A stretch of DNA of 64,000 nt from an uncultured Alphaproteobacteria bacterium (GCA_944393725.1 CALYBC010000009.1:210099-274098); one strand, 5' to 3'; counted from the stretch's first letter, positions 1 to 10,023 are shown. The notes: generated by a model not told the origin, from the sequence alone. A program made the numbers and translations.

Positions 1-53
1 AAATATTCGTCGAAAAGATTAAGAAACTGGCGGAAGATTACAAAAAATCAGAC

Positions 54-683
54 TTGTGCATGAAGTGTGCAGAAAAGAAATCTGCATGGAATAAAAAAAT
101 AAACTCTTGGGGAAAAGAGTTGGTAAAAAATAATGTTAACGCCAATATGGTTAGCATATTCGGCTTTATTGTCGGAATGATAGCCGTTAATTTTCTGGCA
201 ATGAACCTGTATTTTGAGGCGTTAATTTGTATCCTTATTAACCGCTTTTGTGATGTAATGGACGGCGCAGTCGCCAGAGCCGAAGGGGTTACCAAGTTCG
301 GCATATTTCTTGATGCTACTTTGGACTTTATTTTCTATGCCGGTGTTATTTTCGGATTTGCTTTAGCTAATCCTGATGAAAATGCTCTATCTGCTTGCTT
401 TTTGTTATTTGGCTTTACTGCTTCGGCCTCGGCAATGCTTACATACGGAATCGTTGCCTATGCCGATGATAAAAAAGCCAAAGATTTGTCAGAATCGCCT
501 TTTTATCTGGGAGGAATCGCTCAAGGTTTTGAAACTATTGCCGCGTTTATCCTCTTGTGCCTGATGCCTTTTGCTTTCTTACCGATAGCAATTGCTTTGG
601 GTTGCTGGTGTTTAATCAAAGCGTTGGTAATTATTTCGTCGGCTTACTATAAATTGGTTATTCTGCAAAAAAACGGTAAATAA
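54..683 (+). CDS. CDP-alcohol phosphatidyltransferase family membrane protein
   Basis: Multi-pass membrane ORF with motif region DVMDGAVAR...G...LDATLDFIFYAG. The frame stays open to the left window edge, so the true start may lie upstream. Its stop overlaps the next ATG by 1 nt. Confidence 0.7.
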   Translation: MCMKCAEKKSAWNKKINSWGKELVKNNVNANMVSIFGFIVGMIAVNFLAMNLYFEALICILINRFCDVMDGAVARAEGVTKFGIFLDATLDFIFYAGVIFGFALANPDENALSACFLLFGFTASASAMLTYGIVAYADDKKAKDLSESPFYLGGIAQGFETIAAFILLCLMPFAFLPIAIALGCWCLIKALVIISSAYYKLVILQKNGK

Positions 684-2230
684 TGCGTATTATCCGAAGT
701 TTGTTCCTTTTTCTTGTCTTGTTTGCTTCTGCCGCTTTTGCTGCAGAAAGTCATCTAAAAATCGTGCCTTATGTTAAGCACGATGCCGATAACAACTTGA
801 ATGTGCTGATTGAGATGACGGTTAAAGATGGGTGGCATGTTTTTGCTCCTTATGAACAAACTTTCGGAGGTCCGCTTACCGTAAAATGGCAACTTCCTAA
901 AGATGCTGCTATCTTAGAAGAAAATTTCAGTAAGCCGGTACATTTCGCACAAGAGATGTTTTCTTTTGACGGTTATAATAAAAAAATATTTTATAAAGCA
1001 AAATTGAAATCAGCGAAATATTTACCCGAATTGCCGGTTAAAATATCATGGCAAGCCTGCAAAGACGAATGTATTCCCGAGGAAAGAAATCTTGTTATCC
1101 AACCTTTTGATAATGTAAATTATGATATAAAACTTACCGAGAGTGAAGATTATTTTGCTTTAGGAGCTAAAAAAGAAACATCTTTTGATGCTGCTGCAGA
1201 AACAACAAATTGGTTTATGATTTTGTCTTTGGCCTTTTTTGGGGGTGTTATATTAAACTTGATGCCGTGCATATTCCCTGTTTTGAGCATCAAAATGCTT
1301 TCTTTAATGCAAATGAGAGCCGAGACCAGAAAACAAGAAGCCCTGTTCTACTCTATGGGCGTGATTGTTTCGATGTTGGTAATTGCTTCAGCTTTGTTTG
1401 TTATCAGAAACTTTAATAACGCGGCAATCTGGGGATTCCAGCTACAATCACCGTGGTTTGTCGGCTTTATGCTCCTGTTGTTTACAATTCTTACTCTGAT
1501 GATGGCTGATGTTATTAATATAAACAGCGGAGCTTTCAACAAATTAGCGGTATTGAGCTTTAAAAACCACAAAGTTAATGCCTTTATGACCGGATTGTTG
1601 GCGGTATTGATTGCTACGCCGTGCAGTGCACCGTTTATGGGGACAGCAGTCGGTTTGGCATTGATTTCTTCGGGCGAAATATATTTTCCGGTTTTCATTG
1701 CTTTGGGTGTAGGCTACGCCCTGCCCTTTGCTTTGTTGGCTTGGTATCCTCAAGTAATGAAAAAAATTCTGCCTAAGCCAGGAAAGTGGATGACAATCCT
1801 AAAGAAATTTCTAGCAATCCCACTAGCCCTCACCGCAATTTGGTTGGCTTGGGTATTGTCAGCGCAGCTTGGATGGTGGCAGGCTAAATCTTCGCCGGTA
1901 TGGCAAGAATACTCACCTCAGAAATTGGAAGAAGCGTTGCAAAACGAACAACCGGTATTCATTGATTTTACGGCAAAGTGGTGTGTTACTTGCTTGGTTA
2001 ATCAAAAAACGACCCTGCAATCAAAAACAATGCAACGGTTAGTTAAAGAAAAAAATATTCTCTTGCTTAAAGCTGACTTCACCAATCAAGATAAAAAAAT
2101 TGCAAAATTGCTCAAAAAATATGGCCGAGCCGGCGTTCCGCTTTATGTGTATTATAACGGAAAATCAAATAAGTATGTCATATTACCGCAGTTGTTGACC
2201 ACGGGAATTTTGGAAGAATATTTAAAATAA
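683..2230 (+). CDS. dsbD: Thiol:disulfide interchange protein DsbD-like (signal peptide, CcdA-type membrane core, C-terminal thioredoxin fold)
   Basis: N-terminal signal sequence ending AAFA, a central multi-TM region with LMPCIFPVL and ATPCSAPF motifs, and a C-terminal WCVTC thioredoxin motif. Confidence 0.8.
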   Translation: MRIIRSLFLFLVLFASAAFAAESHLKIVPYVKHDADNNLNVLIEMTVKDGWHVFAPYEQTFGGPLTVKWQLPKDAAILEENFSKPVHFAQEMFSFDGYNKKIFYKAKLKSAKYLPELPVKISWQACKDECIPEERNLVIQPFDNVNYDIKLTESEDYFALGAKKETSFDAAAETTNWFMILSLAFFGGVILNLMPCIFPVLSIKMLSLMQMRAETRKQEALFYSMGVIVSMLVIASALFVIRNFNNAAIWGFQLQSPWFVGFMLLLFTILTLMMADVININSGAFNKLAVLSFKNHKVNAFMTGLLAVLIATPCSAPFMGTAVGLALISSGEIYFPVFIALGVGYALPFALLAWYPQVMKKILPKPGKWMTILKKFLAIPLALTAIWLAWVLSAQLGWWQAKSSPVWQEYSPQKLEEALQNEQPVFIDFTAKWCVTCLVNQKTTLQSKTMQRLVKEKNILLLKADFTNQDKKIAKLLKKYGRAGVPLYVYYNGKSNKYVILPQLLTTGILEEYLK

Positions 2231-2305
2231 CAGAATTTGCCTCTTTATATTTTTGCCGCAATGACTATATCTCACTCCCGAAAGGTGAAAATTGAGGGTG
2301 TCTGT

Positions 2306-2983
2306 ATGTCAAATCAAAATAGATTTAAGCTATTTAAACGCAACAATACTAACTTAAAAAAAATGATAACGGCAATCTGGGAGTTTTGGATTAGTAAAAC
2401 CGGAGCTTTTCTGTTGGCAGTTTCGGCCATTGTTATCGGATGGTATCAGTTTTATATTAATCGTCCGATTTTAAAATATGATACCGAAACAATGCCTTTT
2501 ATATCTTCGCTAAATGAAAATGATTATAAAGTTACAGTTCACGGCAAAGAATATAAGGATCTATACCAAACCCGCGTTACCCTGCAAAATAAAGGTGCTT
2601 CCGCTTTGTCGGGAAAAGATGTTTCCAAAATAGGTCACAACCCGATAAGAATTGTTATTCCTCAAGACGCAAAAATGGTACATTATACTTTAGATAAAAC
2701 CATAACAACTCCCGATATAACCTCGAATCTGATAAACGCCGACGGTGATTTGGTAATCGAATTTGATTTTCTTAACTCCGATTATCAAATCGGAGCTTCA
2801 ATCCTGCACGAAAATCCAAATGCCAAATTTAAAGTGGAAGGAAGTGCACTTAATGTTAACTCCATTGGTAGAGAATGGAGTGATAAGCAAATTAAGTATT
2901 GGACCTTTTGGATTATGGGCGGACTTTATCTGATTTTAATGGCGTTATATCTGTTTAACCATTGGCATCCAAAAAAGAATTAA
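2306..2983 (+). CDS. Hypothetical membrane protein (one N-terminal and one C-terminal TM segment)
   Basis: The ORF track starts at TTG 2237. ATG 2306 is preceded by GAGGGTG and gives MSNQNRF. No recognisable family. The 3' end overlaps the convergent lysozyme-domain gene by 4 nt. Confidence 0.45.
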   Translation: MSNQNRFKLFKRNNTNLKKMITAIWEFWISKTGAFLLAVSAIVIGWYQFYINRPILKYDTETMPFISSLNENDYKVTVHGKEYKDLYQTRVTLQNKGASALSGKDVSKIGHNPIRIVIPQDAKMVHYTLDKTITTPDITSNLINADGDLVIEFDFLNSDYQIGASILHENPNAKFKVEGSALNVNSIGREWSDKQIKYWTFWIMGGLYLILMALYLFNHWHPKKN

Positions 2984-4602
2984 CTTTTGGCATTATTTGC
3001 GGCCATTTTCATAGCTTGATAAAAAGTTATCGTCTTATTGGCTTGGGTTTGGTTTTGGTTGCCCAAGTTCTTGGTCGCTGTTAATTTACCATCGACAACT
3101 TCATAACCATATTCCCGAATCAAGTCGGTTTTTATTGCTTCTGGCATCTGACCAAGAATACTTTCTTCTATTGATGAGGCAATAAACTTATCGGCTTTGG
3201 CTTTTACATCTGCCGATGAAAGCGTTTTGAAGGTTCCATCCGGATTTTCCACGGGATCCCTTCCGCCTTCGTAATATTTCATATCCGGACTGCCGACAAT
3301 ACTCCTCTTTAGTGTAAGGAGATACGGTATATCCTCGGAAAGGACAAAACCTTCAAAACCATGACGGTCAATCAGACCATAACTGCGCTCGCCTCCTACA
3401 CTGCGATATAATGATAATGCTTCTCTGATTTTTTCGGCGGGAGCTTGGGAATTAACCTGTTTGAAAAATTCGGTGTTTTTGGCATTTCCCTCATCAGTAT
3501 TGTATACAAACATGCAAACCGCAGCAATTTTGCTCGGAGAAAGGTCGCAATTTATATGTTTAAACTGCGGATATACATATTTTTCTAAATGGGCAACAAC
3601 ATCTTCATATGCTTTTTCTTTGGTGGTTGTATCACCATTTTTAACTTTGCGGCCGTCAGCATAGCGTCTGGAACCGTAACCGATGGTCAGCTCTCCGGCT
3701 TGACACTTATAGGCAGTACTTCTATAACTCTCAAACGCAGCAATCAGACATACTATTTCTTTTTCGTGCTCTTTGGCTGTGCTGTAATTGTTGAAATAGG
3801 CTTGGTTTTGAGTTTCGCGTTCGGCAAAAAAATTCTGCATTTCTTGTTTTTCTTGCGCAATAGCTTCTTTTTGTGCCTTCATTATTTTTGAAGCTTCGGC
3901 AATACGCGGAGTTACTTTGACCGCGCCTAAAGTCGAAGCTACGATAAGAGCCTTAAGAGCGCCTTTGCGAATGTAGGGTATTGCTTTATCTTGTATAAAT
4001 CCGTGAACCCGATTTTTGGCAAAATGATATTTTTTATTAAGCAGATGATATGTTGCCGCCGGCAAGGCTCCTAAAGCTCCGCTCAAAACATGCGCTGTTT
4101 GTTTTGCGGTAAATTTAACTCCTTTACCAACGGCTTTAGAAGTTTCTTTCAAACAATGAAGATAATGAAGCTTATCAAGTTTTGATAAATAATCTTTATT
4201 CATGCTTATGGCAAAGTTCTTGTCGGGATGTTCTTTTCTTGCCCGTAGAGCCTTTTTTACAGCCTTTGAATAAACAATCTTAATACTGTCTTTAGTACTA
4301 TTTATGATAGCTTCATCAGACAAGCCCTTTTGGGTCTGTTCAAAAGACGGTATTATATATACATTTCCTGATTTAATTTCTCTTGGATAACAAGGGGCAT
4401 CCGGATGTTTGGCATTGTAATCTTCATATTTTTTAAAACGTTTATCCATAAAATGCAACAAATCATCAACGAATATATCGCTGTTACCTTTGTATTTTAC
4501 CGGAATTGGCAGTCTAAGTCCCAAAACATCGCAATATTTGGGAGTGGAATAGCCATATTCGTCAATTACCTGCTTTTGATATTCTTTGAAGTTCATTACC
4601 AA
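2980..4602 (-). CDS. Large protein with a GH24 (phage T4-type) lysozyme domain
   Basis: AAFESYRSTAYKCQAGELTIGYG aligns position for position with T4 lysozyme E11...D20...T26 (here E-x8-C-x5-T). About 290 aa lie N-terminal to it, with no obvious signal peptide but internal hydrophobic stretches. About 150 aa lie C-terminal. Confidence 0.7.
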   Translation of the reverse strand: MVMNFKEYQKQVIDEYGYSTPKYCDVLGLRLPIPVKYKGNSDIFVDDLLHFMDKRFKKYEDYNAKHPDAPCYPREIKSGNVYIIPSFEQTQKGLSDEAIINSTKDSIKIVYSKAVKKALRARKEHPDKNFAISMNKDYLSKLDKLHYLHCLKETSKAVGKGVKFTAKQTAHVLSGALGALPAATYHLLNKKYHFAKNRVHGFIQDKAIPYIRKGALKALIVASTLGAVKVTPRIAEASKIMKAQKEAIAQEKQEMQNFFAERETQNQAYFNNYSTAKEHEKEIVCLIAAFESYRSTAYKCQAGELTIGYGSRRYADGRKVKNGDTTTKEKAYEDVVAHLEKYVYPQFKHINCDLSPSKIAAVCMFVYNTDEGNAKNTEFFKQVNSQAPAEKIREALSLYRSVGGERSYGLIDRHGFEGFVLSEDIPYLLTLKRSIVGSPDMKYYEGGRDPVENPDGTFKTLSSADVKAKADKFIASSIEESILGQMPEAIKTDLIREYGYEVVDGKLTATKNLGNQNQTQANKTITFYQAMKMAANNAKS

Positions 4603-4674
4603 ACCCTTGTTTAACTGTTAGTTATACTTATATTTTATATTAGCATAATCTTAAAATATTGCAAACAGTTTTTA

Positions 4675-4699
4675 GACAAAATAATCATTTTATTTTGTC
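4675..4699. promoter_or_regulatory. Perfect 10-bp inverted repeat GACAAAATAA-N5-TTATTTTGTC in the divergent promoter region upstream of the fab cluster
   Basis: Read directly from the sequence. It lies in a 327-bp AT-rich intergenic region. Function is unknown (operator or hairpin). Confidence 0.2.
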
Positions 4700-4959
4700 A
4701 ATGTGATTTTAGTCTATTTATACACTGGTTTAGCATATTGTTTTTACTATATTTTATTTATCATATAATTATACATTCAATCAACTGATTGACTTTTGTT
4801 TTTTTGAGTGTATTATCCCCAGAAGTGTCTGTTTAAAAGTCATGGTTTCTGCTAAGAAACTATGCGGCTTGTGGGTGCGTACTTTACAAATCTCACAAAA
4901 TATTGTTTATTTTTTGTAACTGTTGATGTATGTTAACCGATAACGAAAGGATTTATGTC

Positions 4960-5409
4960 ATGGAAGAAAATGTTATCAAGGAGCTGAATATTAAAGATAT
5001 ATTGTCTTTGTTGCCACATCGTTACCCGTTTTTGTTGGTGGATAAAGTTAAAATTATCAGAGCCGGAGAAGAAGGTATCGGCATCAAAAACATTACCGTG
5101 AACGAACCGCAATTTACCGGACACTTCCCCGAAAATCCGATTATGCCCGGTGTTTTGATTATGGAAGCCATGGCTCAAACTTGCGGTATTGTTGTTAAAG
5201 ATGTTATCGGAGGAGATAACACAAAGGCTGTTTTGTTTATGGGTATTGATGAAGCAAAGTTCCGTAAGCCTTTCTTGCCCGGTGATGTTATGGAAATGCA
5301 TGTGGTTAAAGAAAAAGAATGCCGCGGAGTTTATCGCTTCAGATGTCAGGCAAAATGCAACGGTGTAATTCATGCCGAAGCTTTGCTTACCGCTATGATG
5401 GGCAGATAA
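4960..5409 (+). CDS. fabZ: 3-hydroxyacyl-ACP dehydratase FabZ
   Basis: LLPHRYPFLLVDKV and GHFP..PIMPGVL motifs. ATG 4960 follows AAGGA and gives a typical N-terminal length. The ORF track offers ATG 4930 as an alternative. Confidence 0.9.
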   Translation: MEENVIKELNIKDILSLLPHRYPFLLVDKVKIIRAGEEGIGIKNITVNEPQFTGHFPENPIMPGVLIMEAMAQTCGIVVKDVIGGDNTKAVLFMGIDEAKFRKPFLPGDVMEMHVVKEKECRGVYRFRCQAKCNGVIHAEALLTAMMGR

Positions 5410-5431
5410 AATTTTTAAGGATATTTAACAG

Positions 5432-6394
5432 ATGGCTGACAAAACTATTTATTTGGATTTTGAAGAGCCGATTTATAAGCTTGATACCAAAATTCAAGAA
5501 CTTAAGTCTTGTTGCGACGATAAGTTGGCAAAAGATTTTAATAAAGAAATCGCCAATTTGGAAAAGAAAACTAAAAAACTATTGGAAGAAACTTATACTA
5601 AACTGTCCCCGTGGCAGAAAGTTTGCGTCGCAAGACACGCTAATCGTCCCCACAGCATTGATTATATTAATGCCTTAATTGAAAATTTTACACCTTTGGC
5701 CGGTGATAAATTGTTCGGGGAAGATGAAGCTATCATCGGAGGATTGGGATTTTTTAACGGTCAAGCCGTGATGGTTATTGGACAAGAAAAAGGCCACGAT
5801 CTGGAAAGCAGAATCCGTCATGGTTTTGGTATGCCCAAGCCAGAGGGTTATCGTAAAGCCAAAAGATTGATGGAATTGGCAAATCATTTTAATATCCCGA
5901 TTATATCCTTGGTCGATACTGCCGGTGCATTTCCCGGAATCGAAGGCGAAGAAAGAGGACAAGCGGAGGCTATTGCTTCTTGCATCATGGAAGGATTTAA
6001 AATGGAAGTGCCTTATATTGCCGTGGTTATCGGCGAAGGCGGTTCCGGCGGGGCGATTGCCTTAGCTACCGCTAATCGCATTTTGATGCTTGAGCATTCC
6101 ATATATTCTGTTATCTCTCCGGAGGGATGTGCTTCAATCTTGTGGCGTGACGGGGCAGCCGTTAAAAAGGCCGCTACAGCCTTGCATTTAACCGCTCAGG
6201 ATTTATATAAGTTCGGTGTAATAGATGAAATTATTCGGGAGCCGTTGGGCGGTGCTCACCGCTTTAGGGATGAGACGATTAAGCATACCGGTGATATAAT
6301 TTGGAAACATTTGGTCGAACTTAAAAAACTATCTCCTGCCGACTTGGCCAAAGATCGTGAAGAAAAATTCTTGGCTATGTCGAGAATTGCTTAA
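5432..6394 (+). CDS. accA: Acetyl-CoA carboxylase carboxyltransferase alpha subunit
   Basis: Full-length AccA-like sequence (ARHANRP, DTAGAFPGIEGEERGQ, GEGGSGGALA). Confidence 0.95.
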   Translation: MADKTIYLDFEEPIYKLDTKIQELKSCCDDKLAKDFNKEIANLEKKTKKLLEETYTKLSPWQKVCVARHANRPHSIDYINALIENFTPLAGDKLFGEDEAIIGGLGFFNGQAVMVIGQEKGHDLESRIRHGFGMPKPEGYRKAKRLMELANHFNIPIISLVDTAGAFPGIEGEERGQAEAIASCIMEGFKMEVPYIAVVIGEGGSGGAIALATANRILMLEHSIYSVISPEGCASILWRDGAAVKKAATALHLTAQDLYKFGVIDEIIREPLGGAHRFRDETIKHTGDIIWKHLVELKKLSPADLAKDREEKFLAMSRIA

Positions 6395-6409
6395 TTTAGA
6401 GGTGTTGCT

Positions 6410-7273
6410 ATGAATTGGTTGCTTGATTATGTTAGACCTAAGTTGTCCGTGGCTAAGACCGAAAAAGATGTGCCTGATAATTTATGGGATAAATGTCCAC
6501 AGTGTGATGCCATGATATACGGACAAGAATTGGCTAAAAATCTATATGTCTGCCCGCATTGCGGATATCATATGTATTTGCGTCCGCGTAAAAGATTTAG
6601 AATGTTGTTTGACGATGAGGAATATTCTTATTTGGAAGCCCCGAAAGTTAAAGAAGATCCTTTGAACTTTAAGGATACCAAAGATTATCGTTCAAAACTG
6701 AAATCAGCTCGTGAAAAGACTAAATTTGACGATGCTTTTGTTTCGGCTTTTGGTAAAATGGGCGGTCATGGTGTGGTTATAGGCGTAATGAACTTTAACT
6801 TTATCGGAGGCTCAATGGGGTTAGCCGTCGGAGAAGGAATCGTGCAAGCAGCACAATTTGCCGTAGAGCATAAGGTTCCTTTAATTTTGGTTACGGCTTC
6901 CGGTGGTGCTCGTATGCAGGAAGGTATTTTGTCTTTGATGCAAATGGCCAGAACTACTCTTGCCGTAAAGCAGCTCAAAGATAATCACCTGCCCTATATC
7001 GCCGTGCTTACCAATCCCACAACCGGCGGTGTTTCGGCTTCGTTTGCAATGCTTGGCGATATTACTATCGCCGAACCGGACGCTTTGATTGCTTTTGCCG
7101 GTGCAAGAGTTATCAAAGAAACAATTAAAGCCGACCTGCCCGCAGGATTCCAAAAAGCCGAATATTTGAAAAAACACGGCATGGTCGACATGATTGTTAA
7201 TCGTCACGATTTGCGTGAAAAACTGATTACTGTGCTTAATTTGCTAAGTAATACCTATACTAAAGGAGAATAA
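6410..7273 (+). CDS. accD: Acetyl-CoA carboxylase carboxyltransferase beta subunit
   Basis: N-terminal Zn ribbon CPQC...CPHCGYH followed by the carboxyltransferase core (GGSMG, SGGARMQEG). Confidence 0.95.
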   Translation: MNWLLDYVRPKLSVAKTEKDVPDNLWDKCPQCDAMIYGQELAKNLYVCPHCGYHMYLRPRKRFRMLFDDEEYSYLEAPKVKEDPLNFKDTKDYRSKLKSAREKTKFDDAFVSAFGKMGGHGVVIGVMNFNFIGGSMGLAVGEGIVQAAQFAVEHKVPLILVTASGGARMQEGILSLMQMARTTLAVKQLKDNHLPYIAVLTNPTTGGVSASFAMLGDITIAEPDALIAFAGARVIKETIKADLPAGFQKAEYLKKHGMVDMIVNRHDLREKLITVLNLLSNTYTKGE

Positions 7274-7277
7274 TTAA

Positions 7278-8672
7278 ATGAAAGAGCTTAAACCTTTGGA
7301 CTTGTGCGGTAAAAACGTATTTCCGCTTTTTGAAGGCGGTCGCGGCGTTAATGTGAGCAACGGACATACCGCCGGTGCTTGGGCTAAAGAAAATTGTATC
7401 GGTACTTTTTCGGCCGTATTTCCGGATATCAGAGATAAAGACGGTAATTTGCAGGTGGAAAACATTACTGCCAAGTCCAGAATTGAAAGACATAAACAAA
7501 TGATGGATCAAGCAGTGGAAGGATGTGTATCTCAGGCTCAAATTGCTCATGAAATATCAAACGGCAACGGTTTGATTAATATGAATGTTTTATGGGAATT
7601 GGCTGACAGCCAATATCTGATTAAAAATGTGTTGGAAAGAGCCAAAGGTGTTATAAACGGTGTGGTTTCCGGTGCCGGTTTGCCAATTAAATTGGCCGAG
7701 CTTACCTCACAGTTTAAGGTGTTTTATTATCCGATTGTTTCATCAGGCAGAGCTTTGCAAATATTAATCAAACGCGGCTATGATAAATACAAAGAATTTA
7801 TGGGCGGCGTTATTTATGAAGACCCTTGGTTTGCAGGTGGACACTGCGGATTCTCCAATACCGATGAAGTTGGAAAACCTCAAAGCCCATATGATAAGGT
7901 AATTGAGTTGCGTAAAGTGTTAAACGCCAACGGTTTGCATGATATTCCGATTATCATTGCCGGCGGTGTTTGGTCCTTGAGCGATTGGCAGGATTATATT
8001 GATAATCCGGAAATAGGCAATGTCGGTTTCCAATTTGGAACCAGACCCATGCTTACTAAAGAAAGCCCTATCTCGCAGGCTTGGAAAAAGTTGATGTTGC
8101 ACCTTAATCTTGATGATGTGGTCATTCAAGACTTCAGCCCGACCGGTTTTCTCTCGTCAGCAATTAAGAATTCTTTTATCATGAAATTGTTTGATCGCAA
8201 AAATAGTGAAATTCCTTTTTCTAAAGAAAAAACCGAAGAATTTTCCGAACCGGTGGTTTATTCTAAGAACACTACTTATTTTGTGAGAAAAGAAGATTTG
8301 CATATTGTTGATGAGCAAGCAAAAAAAGGTAAAACCTGCTTATCAATCACGCCTGACAATACACTGATTTTTTTGACAAAAGATGAGAAAATGCAAGATA
8401 TGGAAGATATAAAGGATTGTTGCGGCTGTTTGTCGGCTTGCAAGTTTTCTTCTTGGTCAAGCCATAACGGAACTACAGGAAAAGTGCCTGATTTACGTTC
8501 GTTTTGTATCAGAAAATCTTTAATTGAAGTAGGTCACAAAAGTGGGAACATTCTGGATAATATTTTGTTCTCGGGGAAAAATGCTTTTAAATTTAAAACC
8601 GACCCGCTGTTTAACACGGGAAACTGGCCCTCTATCAAAGAACTTATTGAAGCTATTAAGAGCGGTCGTTAA
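7278..8672 (+). CDS. Nitronate monooxygenase / FabK-family flavin oxidoreductase, long form with a Cys-rich C-terminal extension
   Basis: TIM-barrel NMO-like core (VSGAGLP, IIIAGGVW, FQFGTRPM) plus about 150 extra residues containing DCCGCLSACKF. It sits between accD and fabI. Confidence 0.65.
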   Translation: MKELKPLDLCGKNVFPLFEGGRGVNVSNGHTAGAWAKENCIGTFSAVFPDIRDKDGNLQVENITAKSRIERHKQMMDQAVEGCVSQAQIAHEISNGNGLINMNVLWELADSQYLIKNVLERAKGVINGVVSGAGLPIKLAELTSQFKVFYYPIVSSGRALQILIKRGYDKYKEFMGGVIYEDPWFAGGHCGFSNTDEVGKPQSPYDKVIELRKVLNANGLHDIPIIIAGGVWSLSDWQDYIDNPEIGNVGFQFGTRPMLTKESPISQAWKKLMLHLNLDDVVIQDFSPTGFLSSAIKNSFIMKLFDRKNSEIPFSKEKTEEFSEPVVYSKNTTYFVRKEDLHIVDEQAKKGKTCLSITPDNTLIFLTKDEKMQDMEDIKDCCGCLSACKFSSWSSHNGTTGKVPDLRSFCIRKSLIEVGHKSGNILDNILFSGKNAFKFKTDPLFNTGNWPSIKELIEAIKSGR

Positions 8673-8701
8673 TTTTGTTTAATTTTCAAGGAGATATTTA
8701 A

Positions 8702-9541
8702 GTGAAAGATATTATGAAAGATAAAAAAGGTATTGTGTTTGGTTTAGCTAACGATCACTCTATCGCTTGGGGTATTGCAAAAGCTTTGCATGAACAAGGT
8801 GCTGAAATGGCCTTTACCTACCAAGGTGAGGCTTTGGAAAAACGCGTTCGTACTTTGGCCGAAAGCTTGGGCTCAAACATTATTATGCCATGCAATGTTA
8901 CAGACAGCGCCGATTTGGACAATTTGTTTGCCGAAATTGAAAAGAAATGGGGTAAAATAGACTTTGTCGTTCATGCCGTTGCCTTCTCTGATAAAAATGA
9001 ACTCAAAGGCAGATACTGCGATACCACATTAGCTAACTTCTTGAATACAATGCACATTTCTTGCTACTCATTTACCGACATTTGCGCAAGAGCTGCTAAA
9101 ATCGCTAATGACGGTGCAAGCTTTGTAACCCTATCTTACCTTGGGGCGGAAAGAGTTATCCCGAACTATAATGTTATGGGTATTGCCAAATCGGCTTTGG
9201 AAACTTCGGTTATGTATTTGGCCAGGGATTTGGGTGAACAAAATATCAGAGTTAATGCCATTTCTGCGGGACCGATAAGAACTTTGGCTGCTGCCGGTAT
9301 CGGTGATTTTCGCAATATCTTGGGCTGGAATAAAGCTAACTGCTTGCTCGGTCGCAATATGAGCATTGATGATATCGGAAGATCGGCTCTCTATATCTTG
9401 AGCGATCTGGCCAGTGGTGTAACCGGCGAAGTTTTGCATGTCGACGGCGGTTATAACAAACAAGGTATGTGCAACATTAATAAAGCTCAGGAAGTTTCTG
9501 AATTGTTGGGCGAATTTGCTAAAATGAAGGAAGGTAACTAA
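8702..9541 (+). CDS. fabI: Enoyl-ACP reductase (NADH) FabI
   Basis: FabI-type SDR (GLANDHSIAWGIAK, Y-x6-K region SYLGAERVIPNYNVMGIAKSALE). GTG 8702 lies 8 nt after AAGGAG. ATG 8714 is an alternative start. Confidence 0.9.
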   Translation: MKDIMKDKKGIVFGLANDHSIAWGIAKALHEQGAEMAFTYQGEALEKRVRTLAESLGSNIIMPCNVTDSADLDNLFAEIEKKWGKIDFVVHAVAFSDKNELKGRYCDTTLANFLNTMHISCYSFTDICARAAKIANDGASFVTLSYLGAERVIPNYNVMGIAKSALETSVMYLARDLGEQNIRVNAISAGPIRTLAAAGIGDFRNILGWNKANCLLGRNMSIDDIGRSALYILSDLASGVTGEVLHVDGGYNKQGMCNINKAQEVSELLGEFAKMKEGN

Positions 9542-10011
9542 TGGCTCAGGACGATATTGCTTGTATTGAATCCATTGCCAAAATCGTAAGTGATTTGGAC
9601 TTGGAATCGGTCGATTATAACAAAGACGGCTTACATATCATTGTTACAAATCGTTCTAAAGAAATTGCGGCTCAACCGGTTATCGCATCGGCTCCGGTTT
9701 TGCAACCGGCAGCTCCGATTGCTCAAGCTCAAACCTCTGCTCCGGCTCCGGCAGCAGAAACTTCGGTTGCAGCTAAAGGAGAAACAATCAAATCTCCCAT
9801 GGTCGGCGTACTCTACCTTTCGGCCAGCCCGAATGACCCAGATTATGTCAAAGTCGGGGATACGGTTAAGGAAGGTGATGTTATTTGCTTGATTGAAGCT
9901 ATGAAAACATTTAACCAAATTAAAGCTCCAAGAGGCGGTATTATCAGAGAAATATTGGTATCCTCCGGTTCTGCCGTTGAATTTGACGAACCTTTGTTTG
10001 TAATTGAGTAA
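9541..10011 (+). CDS. accB: Biotin carboxyl carrier protein
   Basis: Pro/Ala-rich linker and a C-terminal biotinyl domain with EAMKT. The start overlaps the fabI stop by 1 nt. Confidence 0.9.
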   Translation: MAQDDIACIESIAKIVSDLDLESVDYNKDGLHIIVTNRSKEIAAQPVIASAPVLQPAAPIAQAQTSAPAPAAETSVAAKGETIKSPMVGVLYLSASPNDPDYVKVGDTVKEGDVICLIEAMKTFNQIKAPRGGIIREILVSSGSAVEFDEPLFVIE

Positions 10012-10023
10012 GAGAAAACCGTT

